From NCBI GenBank assembly GCA_049968235.1, contig JBMFRC010000002.1:1-64000 (forward strand): DNA of 64,000 bases, read 5' to 3'. The position numbers and the translations under genes were made by a program. The notes beneath the pieces were generated by a model. It was not told where the DNA came from. It saw only the letters and a program-made list of their open reading frames with translations, and did no database searches. The stretch comes from Candidatus Hydrogenedens sp. (GTDB taxonomy: Bacteria; Hydrogenedentota; Hydrogenedentia; Hydrogenedentales; Hydrogenedentaceae). Below are positions 18,860 through 28,820 of the stretch, in pieces; positions within the stretch are counted from its first letter, which is position 1, and each line of letters begins with the position of its first letter.

Positions 18860-19867
18860 TTACAGTTTTTCACCCCATCGAGCTTTCCGGGATTGCTCTT
18901 CTAACCAACGACATTGAAAAGACAATCGTTCCATCCATTGGGCAGGAGATAAACCTGCCACATTAGGGTTATTCTTTGATTGATATGAAACTGTTGTTAT
19001 GTGTTTTATCCCCACTGCATAAAATAATGCTACCAGTTCCGCATATGAAAGAGTTCTTCTTTTCTCATACTGCTCCAAAAGCATTAATGTTCTCATTCTT
19101 AGTTTGTCAATATTTGTACTTGTGCGAATACACAAATTAGAAATGGCATACGATATGTCCTCCAGATAACAACCCTGCCCTGCAAATTCAAGGTCAATTA
19201 TGGCAAGTAACCTTTCCCCTGAAAACAAAAGATTAGCACCATGCCAATCCCCATGAATAAGACCTACTTCAAATTCTGAACGTTTCTCAATAGATAATTC
19301 CTGAGCTGACCGTTGAATAAACTCTACTAGATAATTAAAATAGGGCATTAAACTTGACTCATCTTTTTCTTCGCGGGCTAATTTAAAGAAATGGAGGAAA
19401 ATATCTTTAGGAACTTCACTGAACCGCCACATATTCACATCTCTTGGAGGGGCAGGAAGTCCATAACAAACTTTATGGAACTTACCTAAAGCCTTTGCAG
19501 AAATTTGCAAAGTTTTCATCGTAAGTGTCATAGGTTCCCCTTTTATAAATTCCTGTAATTCCAAAACCCAGTCATCTATTTCTACATACCCCTTCCCCGT
19601 TTTTGCCTTTTGTATTCGGGCAACAGGTAAACCATTTGCGAACAAATGTTCCGATAAACGATGCTGAAAGTTCAAAGCATCTATAACAGCAATAGCACGT
19701 GTATATGTTTTTGCGAGAAAAACTCCTTTACTGGTTTCGACCACCATTTTCCGATGGCGTCTTTGATGTGCCCCTTCTAAAGGACGAGGCAATCCGACTT
19801 CTCCCAAATCATAATTTTTGCGAATTACATCTGCAACTATTTCTAAACCTTGAAGTTGAACGGTCAT
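18860..19867 (-). CDS. Phosphotransferase-family (APH/homoserine-kinase-II-like) kinase
   Basis: LIHGDWHGANLLF and IIDLEFAG motifs, the catalytic loop and DFG-like motif of the APH fold. Confidence 0.6.
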   Translation of the reverse strand: MTVQLQGLEIVADVIRKNYDLGEVGLPRPLEGAHQRRHRKMVVETSKGVFLAKTYTRAIAVIDALNFQHRLSEHLFANGLPVARIQKAKTGKGYVEIDDWVLELQEFIKGEPMTLTMKTLQISAKALGKFHKVCYGLPAPPRDVNMWRFSEVPKDIFLHFFKLAREEKDESSLMPYFNYLVEFIQRSAQELSIEKRSEFEVGLIHGDWHGANLLFSGERLLAIIDLEFAGQGCYLEDISYAISNLCIRTSTNIDKLRMRTLMLLEQYEKRRTLSYAELVALFYAVGIKHITTVSYQSKNNPNVAGLSPAQWMERLSFQCRWLEEQSRKARWGEKL

Positions 19868-19962
19868 ATCTCAATTAAAATTTATAAATTCAAATAATTT
19901 ACAAAAGAACAAAAATTAAATTATTAATCCATACTATATAATAAAACACTATTTCTGATAAA

Positions 19963-20895
19963 TCAAACATTTATCTGTAATAAGTTGTTACTTGTTACAT
20001 TATTGATCCAGTACATAACTGATTCCTTTAAATCAGATAATACCCTGTATTCAAAGGGATACCTTTCTCTATGACTAATTTCAAGAATAAGATAACAATC
20101 TTTTATTCCTGCGTCATAAATGGTTCGTATCAATTCCATAGGGATAATTTTTCCTCTACTGTTGTACTCTTGTGTAAAAGGATAATGTCCACCCTTATCC
20201 TGTAAACTTTGTTTCAAATGAATTACTTTTATATCTTTTCCGAAGTATTTTATCCATGCATGGGGATTTGTATCATCCGGATTTAATGAAGAAATATCTC
20301 CATGGTCAACATCAAGACACAACTGCATAGGTATGCGGAAATCTTTACTACATAGTTTCTGTATTTTTTGTGTTTCATGGATGGTTTCTCCTATTTCTCT
20401 CGGGATAGACATGGGTTCCCATATTAAATATTTCATACCTATCTCCGCTCCATATTCTGACAATTCCCGCCATCCTTTCACACCTTGTTCTATCCGCTTT
20501 TTCCGAATTTCCGCATCATTACAATCTCTAACAGTCATAATTCCAAAATGACTTCCTCCTCCCTCCGCACCTAAAAACACCGAAAGATTAAAGAACCTCT
20601 TAAACCACTCAATCCATGCTCTCCGAATTTCTTCGTCTGGATGTAACAAATGGTTTACTCTTGTAAATTGAGATGTAAATGTTGTTGTGATTTTTACATT
20701 ATACTTCTCACAGCAATTTTTAATTTTTTCTGCTTGTTTATATATGATTTTTTCTTCATACCAGGGATTTAACAAATCAGCCGTAAATTGAACTACCTGC
20801 AAACCTAATTCTTCGGAAACAATACGTGTCCAATCATCAGGCTCTACAAACCGATTTATTGCAAACCCAGTGTTAATTCCTAAAACAATAGGCAT
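19963..20895 (-). CDS. Sugar phosphate isomerase/epimerase (xylose-isomerase-like TIM barrel)
   Basis: IWEPM, DVDHGD and HLKQ motifs. Confidence 0.6.
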   Translation of the reverse strand: MPIVLGINTGFAINRFVEPDDWTRIVSEELGLQVVQFTADLLNPWYEEKIIYKQAEKIKNCCEKYNVKITTTFTSQFTRVNHLLHPDEEIRRAWIEWFKRFFNLSVFLGAEGGGSHFGIMTVRDCNDAEIRKKRIEQGVKGWRELSEYGAEIGMKYLIWEPMSIPREIGETIHETQKIQKLCSKDFRIPMQLCLDVDHGDISSLNPDDTNPHAWIKYFGKDIKVIHLKQSLQDKGGHYPFTQEYNSRGKIIPMELIRTIYDAGIKDCYLILEISHRERYPFEYRVLSDLKESVMYWINNVTSNNLLQINV

Positions 20896-20918
20896 ATAAT
20901 TCCTTCTCGTTTAAATTT

Positions 20919-21443
20919 TTATTCCAGGTTAAGAATATGTATATCGGGTAAATTTCTGAATTTCCCGTTGTAATCCATCCCATAACCTACAACAAAGTTA
21001 TCCTCAATATAAAATCCAACATAGTCTGAGGAAATTGTTACTCCTTCACGATATTTCTTTTTTTTCAATAACACACATAAATGTATATCTTTTGCCCCTT
21101 GTTCTTTTAAATATTCTACTATCTTTTGTGTCGTTAAACCTGTATCGAAGATATCTTCTATCAATAAAACTCTTTTACCCTTTACATTAGAAATATGGTT
21201 ATCAAATATTCTGACTTCTCCCCTGCTATTACATCCTTGATAACTTTCTGCTTGAATAAAATCAAGTGATGCAACAGGCGGAAGTTCTCTTAACAAATCT
21301 GTTGCAAAAAAAACAGCACCTTTTAAGATAACAACGATATAAAAATATTCAATATCCATATCTTTACGAATCTTTTCAGCAAGTTCTGAAACTTTCTGTC
21401 GGATTTGTTCTTTACGAATTAATGGGGGGAAGATGAGTTGCAT
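20919..21443 (-). CDS. hpt: Hypoxanthine phosphoribosyltransferase
   Basis: PRPP-binding motif VLLIEDIFDTGLT. It lies immediately downstream of tilS. Confidence 0.8.
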   Translation of the reverse strand: MQLIFPPLIRKEQIRQKVSELAEKIRKDMDIEYFYIVVILKGAVFFATDLLRELPPVASLDFIQAESYQGCNSRGEVRIFDNHISNVKGKRVLLIEDIFDTGLTTQKIVEYLKEQGAKDIHLCVLLKKKKYREGVTISSDYVGFYIEDNFVVGYGMDYNGKFRNLPDIHILNLE

Positions 21444-22801
21444 GGAGTAACTTCTATCTCGAGAATTCTTCGTGTTAATGGACCTATCATAGCAGTAGCG
21501 CTGGGAACATATCCGACTATCCAGATAATACCATGTGGAGTAAATAAAATAGGTACACGGTCTCGTTCTGGAACGGGCACCCCTAAATCAATGAAATAAT
21601 CACTTAGTTTTCGGAAATTTGTCATACCTAAAGGAATAAACCTATCCCCATTCTCCCTTTTTCGAACCCATACCCCATCAGAAAGGGTATCTGCATCAAA
21701 AACCTGTAAAAAAGGCTTGCAATAGGATTTCCAGTTATAATTTTTCGGGAACATTACTATCCGAGCATTAAAATGGAATCCATAGGCACAGGTCATTCCC
21801 GGAATTTTCAAACGAATTGCTTCTCCTCTATTCGTGCCTTCAACCGATTGAGGAACAAACTCTGTCCAATCCTTACCGTTATACAATAATAAACCCTGTC
21901 CTAAATCGAATTTTTGTCCCGTTTCCCCTGTTAAAATAAACCGTGTAGCAGAAATTACCTGCTCATAATTACATTCAACTCTTTTCCTTTGTAATAATAA
22001 TACCAGACATCTTCTACGAATGGCTTCATGATATTCTGAAAATTGTATTCTCGAAATTTTATCCTCTTTTACAATGTTATTTAATGCCATTTCTGCTTGT
22101 TTATAAAGATAATCATTTTCACATTGTTGTAATTCTACAAGATGTAATATAGCATCCTTGATTTTTTGATTATAATTTCTAAGTTCAGGTATCAAAACAT
22201 TCCGCACTTTGTTCCTGAAATAATCATTTTGAAAATTAGAAGTATCAACACACCAATCAACACCACGGTCTTTCAGCCATGTTTCAATCATACCTTTATC
22301 ACAGTAATATAATGGTCGAATAATTCGAATCCCTTCCTCAACACGAACAACAGGGATACCAGTCATCCCTAATGGTGTAGTTCCTCGAATAATTCGCATC
22401 AATACTGTCTCTACCTGGTCATCTGCATGATGTCCTGTTGCCAGTATGGGACAACCTCTTAAACGAGCCGTTTCCTTAAAAAAATGATACCTAATTTCTC
22501 GTGCATATTCTTCAAAAGAGCGACCAAAGTTTAATGCTTCTTCTTCTACCGGGCATGATTTAAGATGGAAAGGAACCCCTAATTTGTTTGCTAATTGGGA
22601 CACAAACTCTGCATCTTTCTTGCTTTGTCCCTGTCGGGTTTGATGGTCTACATGAGCAATTTCTACAGGATAACCCAAATCAAAAAGGGCATATAACAAA
22701 GCCACAGAATCTGCTCCTCCGGAAACAGCCACAAGAATTTTCTCATCCGGAGATACAAGGTCGTACTCTTCAATTATCTTTCGAACATTTGATAATAACA
22801 T
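21419..22801 (-). CDS. tilS: tRNA(Ile)-lysidine synthetase
   Basis: PP-loop SGGADS close to the N-terminus, with a conserved TilS middle region. The start is taken as MLLSNVRK at 22801; the track start 22954 is an AT-rich extension. The gene overlaps hpt by 25 nt. Confidence 0.75.
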   Translation of the reverse strand: MLLSNVRKIIEEYDLVSPDEKILVAVSGGADSVALLYALFDLGYPVEIAHVDHQTRQGQSKKDAEFVSQLANKLGVPFHLKSCPVEEEALNFGRSFEEYAREIRYHFFKETARLRGCPILATGHHADDQVETVLMRIIRGTTPLGMTGIPVVRVEEGIRIIRPLYYCDKGMIETWLKDRGVDWCVDTSNFQNDYFRNKVRNVLIPELRNYNQKIKDAILHLVELQQCENDYLYKQAEMALNNIVKEDKISRIQFSEYHEAIRRRCLVLLLQRKRVECNYEQVISATRFILTGETGQKFDLGQGLLLYNGKDWTEFVPQSVEGTNRGEAIRLKIPGMTCAYGFHFNARIVMFPKNYNWKSYCKPFLQVFDADTLSDGVWVRKRENGDRFIPLGMTNFRKLSDYFIDLGVPVPERDRVPILFTPHGIIWIVGYVPSATAMIGPLTRRILEIEVTPCNSSSPH

Positions 22802-22929
22802 CTTTAAAGTCCATAAAAAATATATAATATATTTCAGTAATATATAAATAAATATTAATTTGAAATAGTTATAATGTGTGAAGCGGTATATATATTTATT
22901 ATACTTAAACAACCAATGGAGTTTCAGCA

Positions 22930-23916
22930 ATGAGTGAGGAAATACAGTTTCCAAAGGATAAGATGAGATTATGTCCTGTTTGTCGAATGCCTATTAGTGT
23001 TTGGGCTATCCGATGTCGTTTCTGTGGGGAAACTGTTGGCCGACCTAAAAGAGAAATTGAAACTTTTACTGTTGAGGATTTAGGGGGAGAAACTCCAACT
23101 GCTAAGAATACATTATCTAACGAGGTCCTGGAAGCCATCGAAGAATTTCGTAAAGAGTTAGTGGAATCCCCCCAAAAAGAAGAACCTCCTACAATGTGGA
23201 ATTTGTGGGGGAAATATAAAACAACAACCTATGATTCACAGGGGAAAAAAATTCAGAGAATTAACCCTATACGTTGGATAATAATATTTGGAACCCTTTC
23301 TTTATTTATACTGTTGTCTTATTTTTTTGGACCTTCCGCATTGTCTCAGTTAAAATTATTATTTCAGGGGAAAACCGAAAATGTTGTAGAATATGACAAT
23401 CGTGCTTTAATAATGTTAGAGAATGGCGAACCTATTGAAAGGGTATTGCAGGAGGCATTAAAAGCATTTGAAACTACAAACTCGGAAGAAGACCGACAAA
23501 TTTTATTGAAGGTTAGAACAAAATTGATAGAACAAATTGATTCATTATTAACGAAAGAACCTTATAATCCATTAGATACTGCAGAAGCCTCGCGCATCTG
23601 CTCTGAAGTAATAAAGATTGATTATGATTCCAAAATACAAGACCTTTACAAAAAAGTAATCGATGAAGTCTCTGCATACAAAATGACCGTAACACAGATT
23701 GATATTGTTAATAAAAAAGCCACTTTTCATTTAAATAACCCTTCTTTCTCATTAAAAGAACAAACGGTATCCGAAGGTGAACTCATTCAAAACAGATTTT
23801 TAGTAAAACAAATTCTATCATCACGCGTAAGACTTGAAGATACAAAAATAGTCAATAAAGGAATCCCTCGTAAGTTAACTATTTCGTTAATGGGTGAGGT
23901 AAAAGCAGATTCATGA
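22930..23916 (+). CDS. Zinc-ribbon plus single-TM protein of unknown function
   Basis: N-terminal CPVC-x12-CRFC zinc ribbon, one TM helix (IIIFGTLSLFILLSYFF) and a helical C-terminal domain. GGAG lies 9 nt upstream. Confidence 0.4.
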   Translation: MSEEIQFPKDKMRLCPVCRMPISVWAIRCRFCGETVGRPKREIETFTVEDLGGETPTAKNTLSNEVLEAIEEFRKELVESPQKEEPPTMWNLWGKYKTTTYDSQGKKIQRINPIRWIIIFGTLSLFILLSYFFGPSALSQLKLLFQGKTENVVEYDNRALIMLENGEPIERVLQEALKAFETTNSEEDRQILLKVRTKLIEQIDSLLTKEPYNPLDTAEASRICSEVIKIDYDSKIQDLYKKVIDEVSAYKMTVTQIDIVNKKATFHLNNPSFSLKEQTVSEGELIQNRFLVKQILSSRVRLEDTKIVNKGIPRKLTISLMGEVKADS

Positions 23917-23936
23917 ATAAAATGAAAGGACAAAAT

Positions 23937-24557
23937 ATGAAAAAAACAATCACTTTTTTTTCCATTCTTATCATTCTGTCAATGTTTCTTTCCTGTGCTA
24001 CAGTTAAAGGGTGGATTTCTCATGATTCGAGGAAACTTGTTGCACAAAAACAAGTCTCTCGCGAAGTAGCCCATGTCCCTACAAAAGAGGAGTACATTCA
24101 AGAACTCCAACAAATTGTAAACAATGAGATTAAATCTGCAATGGCAATAGATAAAAATTATGTATATCATAAAAAACCCTACTTCTGGAAGAACTATTCC
24201 TCATACAACAATACTGAAGGTCCATTTGAAATAAACATTCAAGAAACCGATTCCAAATCGAAACCATATATAGCAAAAATTGAATTGGAAAAAACAATGT
24301 ATTACACAAAATTACACAGGTCAAAAAGGGATGCGGAAGAAGATACAAACCTTATTCGAAGTAGTGGAAAAGAAACATTAACTTATGAATTGAGAAACGG
24401 TCGATGGACAAAACTTGGTTCTTTATTTGTCCCCGAACAGACAGAAAAAAAAGTGGGCGATACATGGGTTCCGTTAAAAGAGGAAGAAATACAAAAAGAA
24501 CAACCCGAAGAACCTAAACAGGGATGGCTTAATCGTATTCGTTCGTGGATTTTTTAG
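23937..24557 (+). CDS. Lipoprotein of unknown function
   Basis: MKKTITFFSILIILSMFLSC is a signal peptide with a lipobox. AAAGGA lies upstream of ATG 23937; the track start is 23913. Confidence 0.4.
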   Translation: MKKTITFFSILIILSMFLSCATVKGWISHDSRKLVAQKQVSREVAHVPTKEEYIQELQQIVNNEIKSAMAIDKNYVYHKKPYFWKNYSSYNNTEGPFEINIQETDSKSKPYIAKIELEKTMYYTKLHRSKRDAEEDTNLIRSSGKETLTYELRNGRWTKLGSLFVPEQTEKKVGDTWVPLKEEEIQKEQPEEPKQGWLNRIRSWIF

Positions 24558-24596
24558 TTAATTGCACGAAAGATACTTATTTTTTATCTGTTAGCA

Positions 24597-25883
24597 ATGA
24601 AGAAAACTATTATTCTCATAACAGAGTTAATCATTATTTCAGGAGCCTTTTTATGGGTTTGTATAGGATTAAAAACTGTCTTTTTAGGGGATACACTTAC
24701 AAGTAGATTGGCAACGGTTTATGCATTAACCTATCATCACACATGGTATATCAATCAGTCATCGGAATCATCTCCGAATCCCTTTGAGAACCGAACTGTA
24801 GATAAAGTTCAAGGGAAAGAGGGAATCATTTCCAGCAAACCTCCTATTCTTTCTTTATTCATGACCCTTGAGTATCCATTTCTCCGTTGGATGGGATATT
24901 CACTTGATAATAATCAGGATAACAAACCTATTGCACGCATTATGATTATTTTAAATGTGATTATCCCATACCTCATCGCAGTTTTATTTATATGGAAATT
25001 TCTATATGAAATAAAGACAACCCCACCTGTTCGCATTATTATTTTGCTCGGTTTACTCTATGGGACACAATGGTCTGCTTTTGCTTCTCATTTTACAAAT
25101 CATGTTCCCGCTACTTCCTACCTAATTATCGGATTATACTTTATATGGAAATCTTATTGTGTACAGAGTTCCGTTCCATTAATGTATTATTTACTTATAG
25201 GACTATGTGCCTCATTGGTCTATACTATCGATTTACCTCTAACAATCTTTATCGCTTGTGCAATATTATTTTTACTAATAAAGAAAAAAAATAAACCACT
25301 TCCGTGGATTATTATCGGAGCATTGCCGATTCTTATTATTCATCTTGTAATTATGTACCATATTACGGGGAATATACTGCCGGTTCAGATTAGCAAAGAA
25401 CCTTTTTTATTTGAATCCTCGTATTGGAGACATCCAGCAGGTCCGGATGCATTACATCATCCTAAATCCCTTTACGCCTTCAATATTCTGTTTGGGGCAA
25501 AAGGCTTATTTATCCTCTATCCTATCCTAATTTTTGGATTATGTATATATCTTCCTCATATATGGAAAACACTGCATAACGATACAAAATTAATTTCTAT
25601 TTTTTTCCTTATTAGTTTTATTATCTTAAATATGTATTATATTTTTTCAACTAATAATTACGGCGGTGTTTCTTATGGTTTTCGCTGGCACATCGGTTGT
25701 ATGCCTTTATTAACTGGAATGAGTATCCCTTATATAGAAAACAGGAAAAGAACCTTTCTTTTTTGGGTATTCTGGATAGTCTTCTTTTTAATTTCTCTCT
25801 ATTCGACTTACGAATGCCGAACTTATCCGTGGTCTGTGGACAAGGAATGGACAACACGACTAATTTTTGGTTCCTTGATATAA
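24597..25883 (+). CDS. Polytopic membrane protein, possible GT-C-like
   Basis: More than 10 hydrophobic helices and no clear catalytic motif. The GT-C call is a guess based on architecture only. Confidence 0.35.
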   Translation: MKKTIILITELIIISGAFLWVCIGLKTVFLGDTLTSRLATVYALTYHHTWYINQSSESSPNPFENRTVDKVQGKEGIISSKPPILSLFMTLEYPFLRWMGYSLDNNQDNKPIARIMIILNVIIPYLIAVLFIWKFLYEIKTTPPVRIIILLGLLYGTQWSAFASHFTNHVPATSYLIIGLYFIWKSYCVQSSVPLMYYLLIGLCASLVYTIDLPLTIFIACAILFLLIKKKNKPLPWIIIGALPILIIHLVIMYHITGNILPVQISKEPFLFESSYWRHPAGPDALHHPKSLYAFNILFGAKGLFILYPILIFGLCIYLPHIWKTLHNDTKLISIFFLISFIILNMYYIFSTNNYGGVSYGFRWHIGCMPLLTGMSIPYIENRKRTFLFWVFWIVFFLISLYSTYECRTYPWSVDKEWTTRLIFGSLI

Positions 25884-25895
25884 AAATTTCGTGAA

Positions 25896-28550
25896 CTAAA
25901 AACGAACTCGTGTGCCGGGAAATGCAGTAAGGCTGAATTCAACACTAATATCTGTCCCCCGTTCACGTTCGGTCCATCGCAGTCCTATATCCCAACAATG
26001 CAGGTTTCTGCGAATTTCATAGGTCTGCCGTCTTAAGTTATCATTTTCTAAATCAAATATATGTTCAAAAGCAACCGACCATTTATCATTTAAACGATAA
26101 CCGAGACCGTATAAAATGTCACGATTTACCACATTATTTTCTGTTTCCGCCAACATAAACCCAACTCTTCCATTGGCTCTTCCACCGATAAGGGTATTAT
26201 CAAAATACATTGTCCCTAAAACACGGGTATAATCGCCGGAGACTAAATCGGATATTTCTAAATAGGAATTTCTCCCCTCTTTCTCATCAAGCCATCTATC
26301 CATCCAATCATTAAGGGATAGTCTATTTACTTCTCGTATCTGTTCGTACCATTTTATTTCTTCCGATACATGTTTTTCAGCAGCAAGTTGTAACCCATAC
26401 CATTTACGAGGTCTAACATCCATCTCCAATTCATAATCATCTGATTTATGATATTCATTCCAAAAATCATTTCCCTGATATAACGTTAACCTTGCAAGTT
26501 GCCAAACTTCCTGTGTTTCTGCATCTTTTCCATAAAATACATTATCTATTTTTGTTTCTATCCGTGTTTGTCCATTAACTGTATCCAGGGGGTCAAAATA
26601 ATATCGGTCTCCAATGTTATAGGCAGATGGTGTTCGATATGACAGAGTTAATGATGGTAGTACAACATGTTTTATAGCAGAGAAACCTAAAAAACTGCTA
26701 TATACACGAATAAATCGTGATTGAAGTGTTACGCCCATTTTTTCAGACAAACCACCGATACTTTCATCGCCATTAGATTGTTCTGAATACCATGTTACTT
26801 GACTTTCTGCAAAAGGTGTTATCTTAACAGGTCCCCATGGTTTTATATCATAGGTAAGTCTCAGGATATTAACTGTCCGAAACGCCTCATAATCATACGG
26901 CTCACGACGATTATATCCATTTATCGTATCAAAGGATAGGTAGACATCTGAAAATAAAGGCTGTTCTAACCAATGAAAAGTTGCTTCTGGCAATCTTTCT
27001 GTCTCATGAACCCAGCCATGTGTTCCTACTCTTGTCGTTGTAGTGGCTATATACCCAGGCTGGCGATAGGTAACATTAACAAATGAACGAGGTTCTGTTC
27101 TGTCCCGGTAGGTCTTATAAAAGAAATCCTTATAAAAATCTTCATCGCTCCAATGTTCTACCTGAGCAAGAAGGGTTAGGTCATCGCTGGGTTCAAACCG
27201 GTTTTTTATATGGATATAACCTCGCTCTTCAGTCGTATATAAGCCATGGACTTCTCCTTTGGTTCTATAAAAAAATGAAGTGGGACTTTCCATAAAATCG
27301 TAGTAAACATCGCCTCCAAATCCTACACCTTCTTTCTCTGTAATCATCACTCTGGGACCTATCTGTATATTATCTGTAACATCTCTTAAATAACCAATAT
27401 TTAAATACGAGCCAATACCAGATTCTCTACCCATATCAATATCAAATCCACCCATAAATCCTTCTCCCCCCAAAAATGGGAAAAATAAGGGAGTTGTAAC
27501 TTTACCTATTTGTAATCGAAGAAATTCCGCTTCTTTAAATTTACTTTCCTCTACAACGAGTTTCTTGACTTTTATACGGTAGTGAGGTGGGTCATGGTCA
27601 CAGGTTGTTAACCAGACATCTTCTCCGGTAAAAGAATTTTCCCCATGGAGATGTAAAGAACCTGCATGAAAATAAAATGGACCCACAACCCCTCGGGCAT
27701 TTGTCATTTCTCCCGTCTTTTTCAAAAAATCATATTCGATTTGCTCTGCGGAAAAATCACGGTAGGGGTCTTTTATAGAAAGATACTCGGCGTAAAGTCT
27801 TCCCGCCCTTAACCGTTTTTGTGCTAATTCTTCTTCACTCAAAACAGGTTTTAATATTGAAGGTACATTTAAAATTTCTTCTTTAGGAGGTGTTGTATAA
27901 ACGACTTTATTCGCTTGAAGGATAGAATCCTTCTGGGTTATTCTTACATTTCCCTCTGCTTCTACCTTTTCTGTATCTCCTTCATATAAAAAACGGTCTG
28001 ATTCAAATAACAATTCCCCCAATCGGAGGTGAACATGTCCTTGCATAACAGTTTTTCCAGTCTCTAATTCTCTTTGCATTCGGTCTGCTTTTACATCTTT
28101 GAAGGGTTGTTTCCAATCGGGAGCAATAAAACCTTCAGCCTCAGAGCCTAATGTCAGTGGTTGTGTAAAAGCATCACGAATAGAACGCGGTTTTAAATCC
28201 ACCATCGGATTCATAGAAGGTTTTCCTGTTATAGGAGCACGGACTTGTTCTATAGGGGGATAACGGCGAATTTGTGTCCCAACAGTTTCAGGTTTCCCCT
28301 GTTTTTTCTCTTCTTTGTTTTGTCTTGAATTATTAAAATTCTTTCTTATTGAGCCTTGTTGACTTACTTTTGTAGAGGATTTATCGTTAACCTTAACAGT
28401 TTCTTGTTGGGTAGTATTTCTCTGTGAATTATCGTTTCCATTTTTAGATGTGTCCTCTCCATAAGTCCATACACATAAACAAAAAACTATCAAAGCAATG
28501 ATTGTCTTGCGAATTTTTATTGTATATATATTCACTTTATAGTTCTCCAA
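25896..28550 (-). CDS. LptD/OstA-like outer-membrane protein
   Basis: Signal peptide, a Q/N/K-rich linker, and an OstA-N-like segment (GHVHLRLGELLFESDRFLYEGDTEKVEAEGNVRITQKDSILQANKVVY). A long beta-rich C-terminus ends in an aromatic residue (…TRVRF). The start is uncertain: TTG 28550 or GTG 28535. Confidence 0.45.
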   Translation of the reverse strand: MENYKVNIYTIKIRKTIIALIVFCLCVWTYGEDTSKNGNDNSQRNTTQQETVKVNDKSSTKVSQQGSIRKNFNNSRQNKEEKKQGKPETVGTQIRRYPPIEQVRAPITGKPSMNPMVDLKPRSIRDAFTQPLTLGSEAEGFIAPDWKQPFKDVKADRMQRELETGKTVMQGHVHLRLGELLFESDRFLYEGDTEKVEAEGNVRITQKDSILQANKVVYTTPPKEEILNVPSILKPVLSEEELAQKRLRAGRLYAEYLSIKDPYRDFSAEQIEYDFLKKTGEMTNARGVVGPFYFHAGSLHLHGENSFTGEDVWLTTCDHDPPHYRIKVKKLVVEESKFKEAEFLRLQIGKVTTPLFFPFLGGEGFMGGFDIDMGRESGIGSYLNIGYLRDVTDNIQIGPRVMITEKEGVGFGGDVYYDFMESPTSFFYRTKGEVHGLYTTEERGYIHIKNRFEPSDDLTLLAQVEHWSDEDFYKDFFYKTYRDRTEPRSFVNVTYRQPGYIATTTTRVGTHGWVHETERLPEATFHWLEQPLFSDVYLSFDTINGYNRREPYDYEAFRTVNILRLTYDIKPWGPVKITPFAESQVTWYSEQSNGDESIGGLSEKMGVTLQSRFIRVYSSFLGFSAIKHVVLPSLTLSYRTPSAYNIGDRYYFDPLDTVNGQTRIETKIDNVFYGKDAETQEVWQLARLTLYQGNDFWNEYHKSDDYELEMDVRPRKWYGLQLAAEKHVSEEIKWYEQIREVNRLSLNDWMDRWLDEKEGRNSYLEISDLVSGDYTRVLGTMYFDNTLIGGRANGRVGFMLAETENNVVNRDILYGLGYRLNDKWSVAFEHIFDLENDNLRRQTYEIRRNLHCWDIGLRWTERERGTDISVEFSLTAFPGTRVRF

Positions 28551-28559
28551 ATATTCCTT

Positions 28560-28820
28560 TTACTTTTCAGGTAATAAAAACCAAAAGGCTGGAACCTTTT
28601 TCTTTACGGTCTCCCTTTTTGTAATTTTTTGTTCTTCTTTTACAGCACTATTTGTTTCTGGTTTCTTTTCTTTTTCAGCAGGTTCGGAAATTGCAGGTCG
28701 TTTTTTTACTTCATCTAAACTTTTCTGCTCGTCGCTATAAGCCCCAATAAGAAAAAATAACAATACGGATACACAGAGAACTACAAAAAAGTATTTATAG
28801 AGGTTTTTCTTAATATTCAT
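28560..28820 (-). CDS. Small bitopic protein with Lys/Glu-rich tail
   Basis: MNIKKNLYKYFFVVLCVSVLLFFLIGAYS is followed by a KE-rich, probably disordered 55 aa. Its ATG overlaps the pfkB-like stop (ATGA), and it ends 9 nt before the lptD-like start. Confidence 0.35.
   Translation of the reverse strand: MNIKKNLYKYFFVVLCVSVLLFFLIGAYSDEQKSLDEVKKRPAISEPAEKEKKPETNSAVKEEQKITKRETVKKKVPAFWFLLPEK

Noticed and set aside
22802-22954. N-terminal 51-aa extension of tilS in the ORF track
   Set aside because: The low-complexity Tyr/Lys/Ile translation lies in the AT-rich divergent promoter. TilS homology starts just before the PP-loop.
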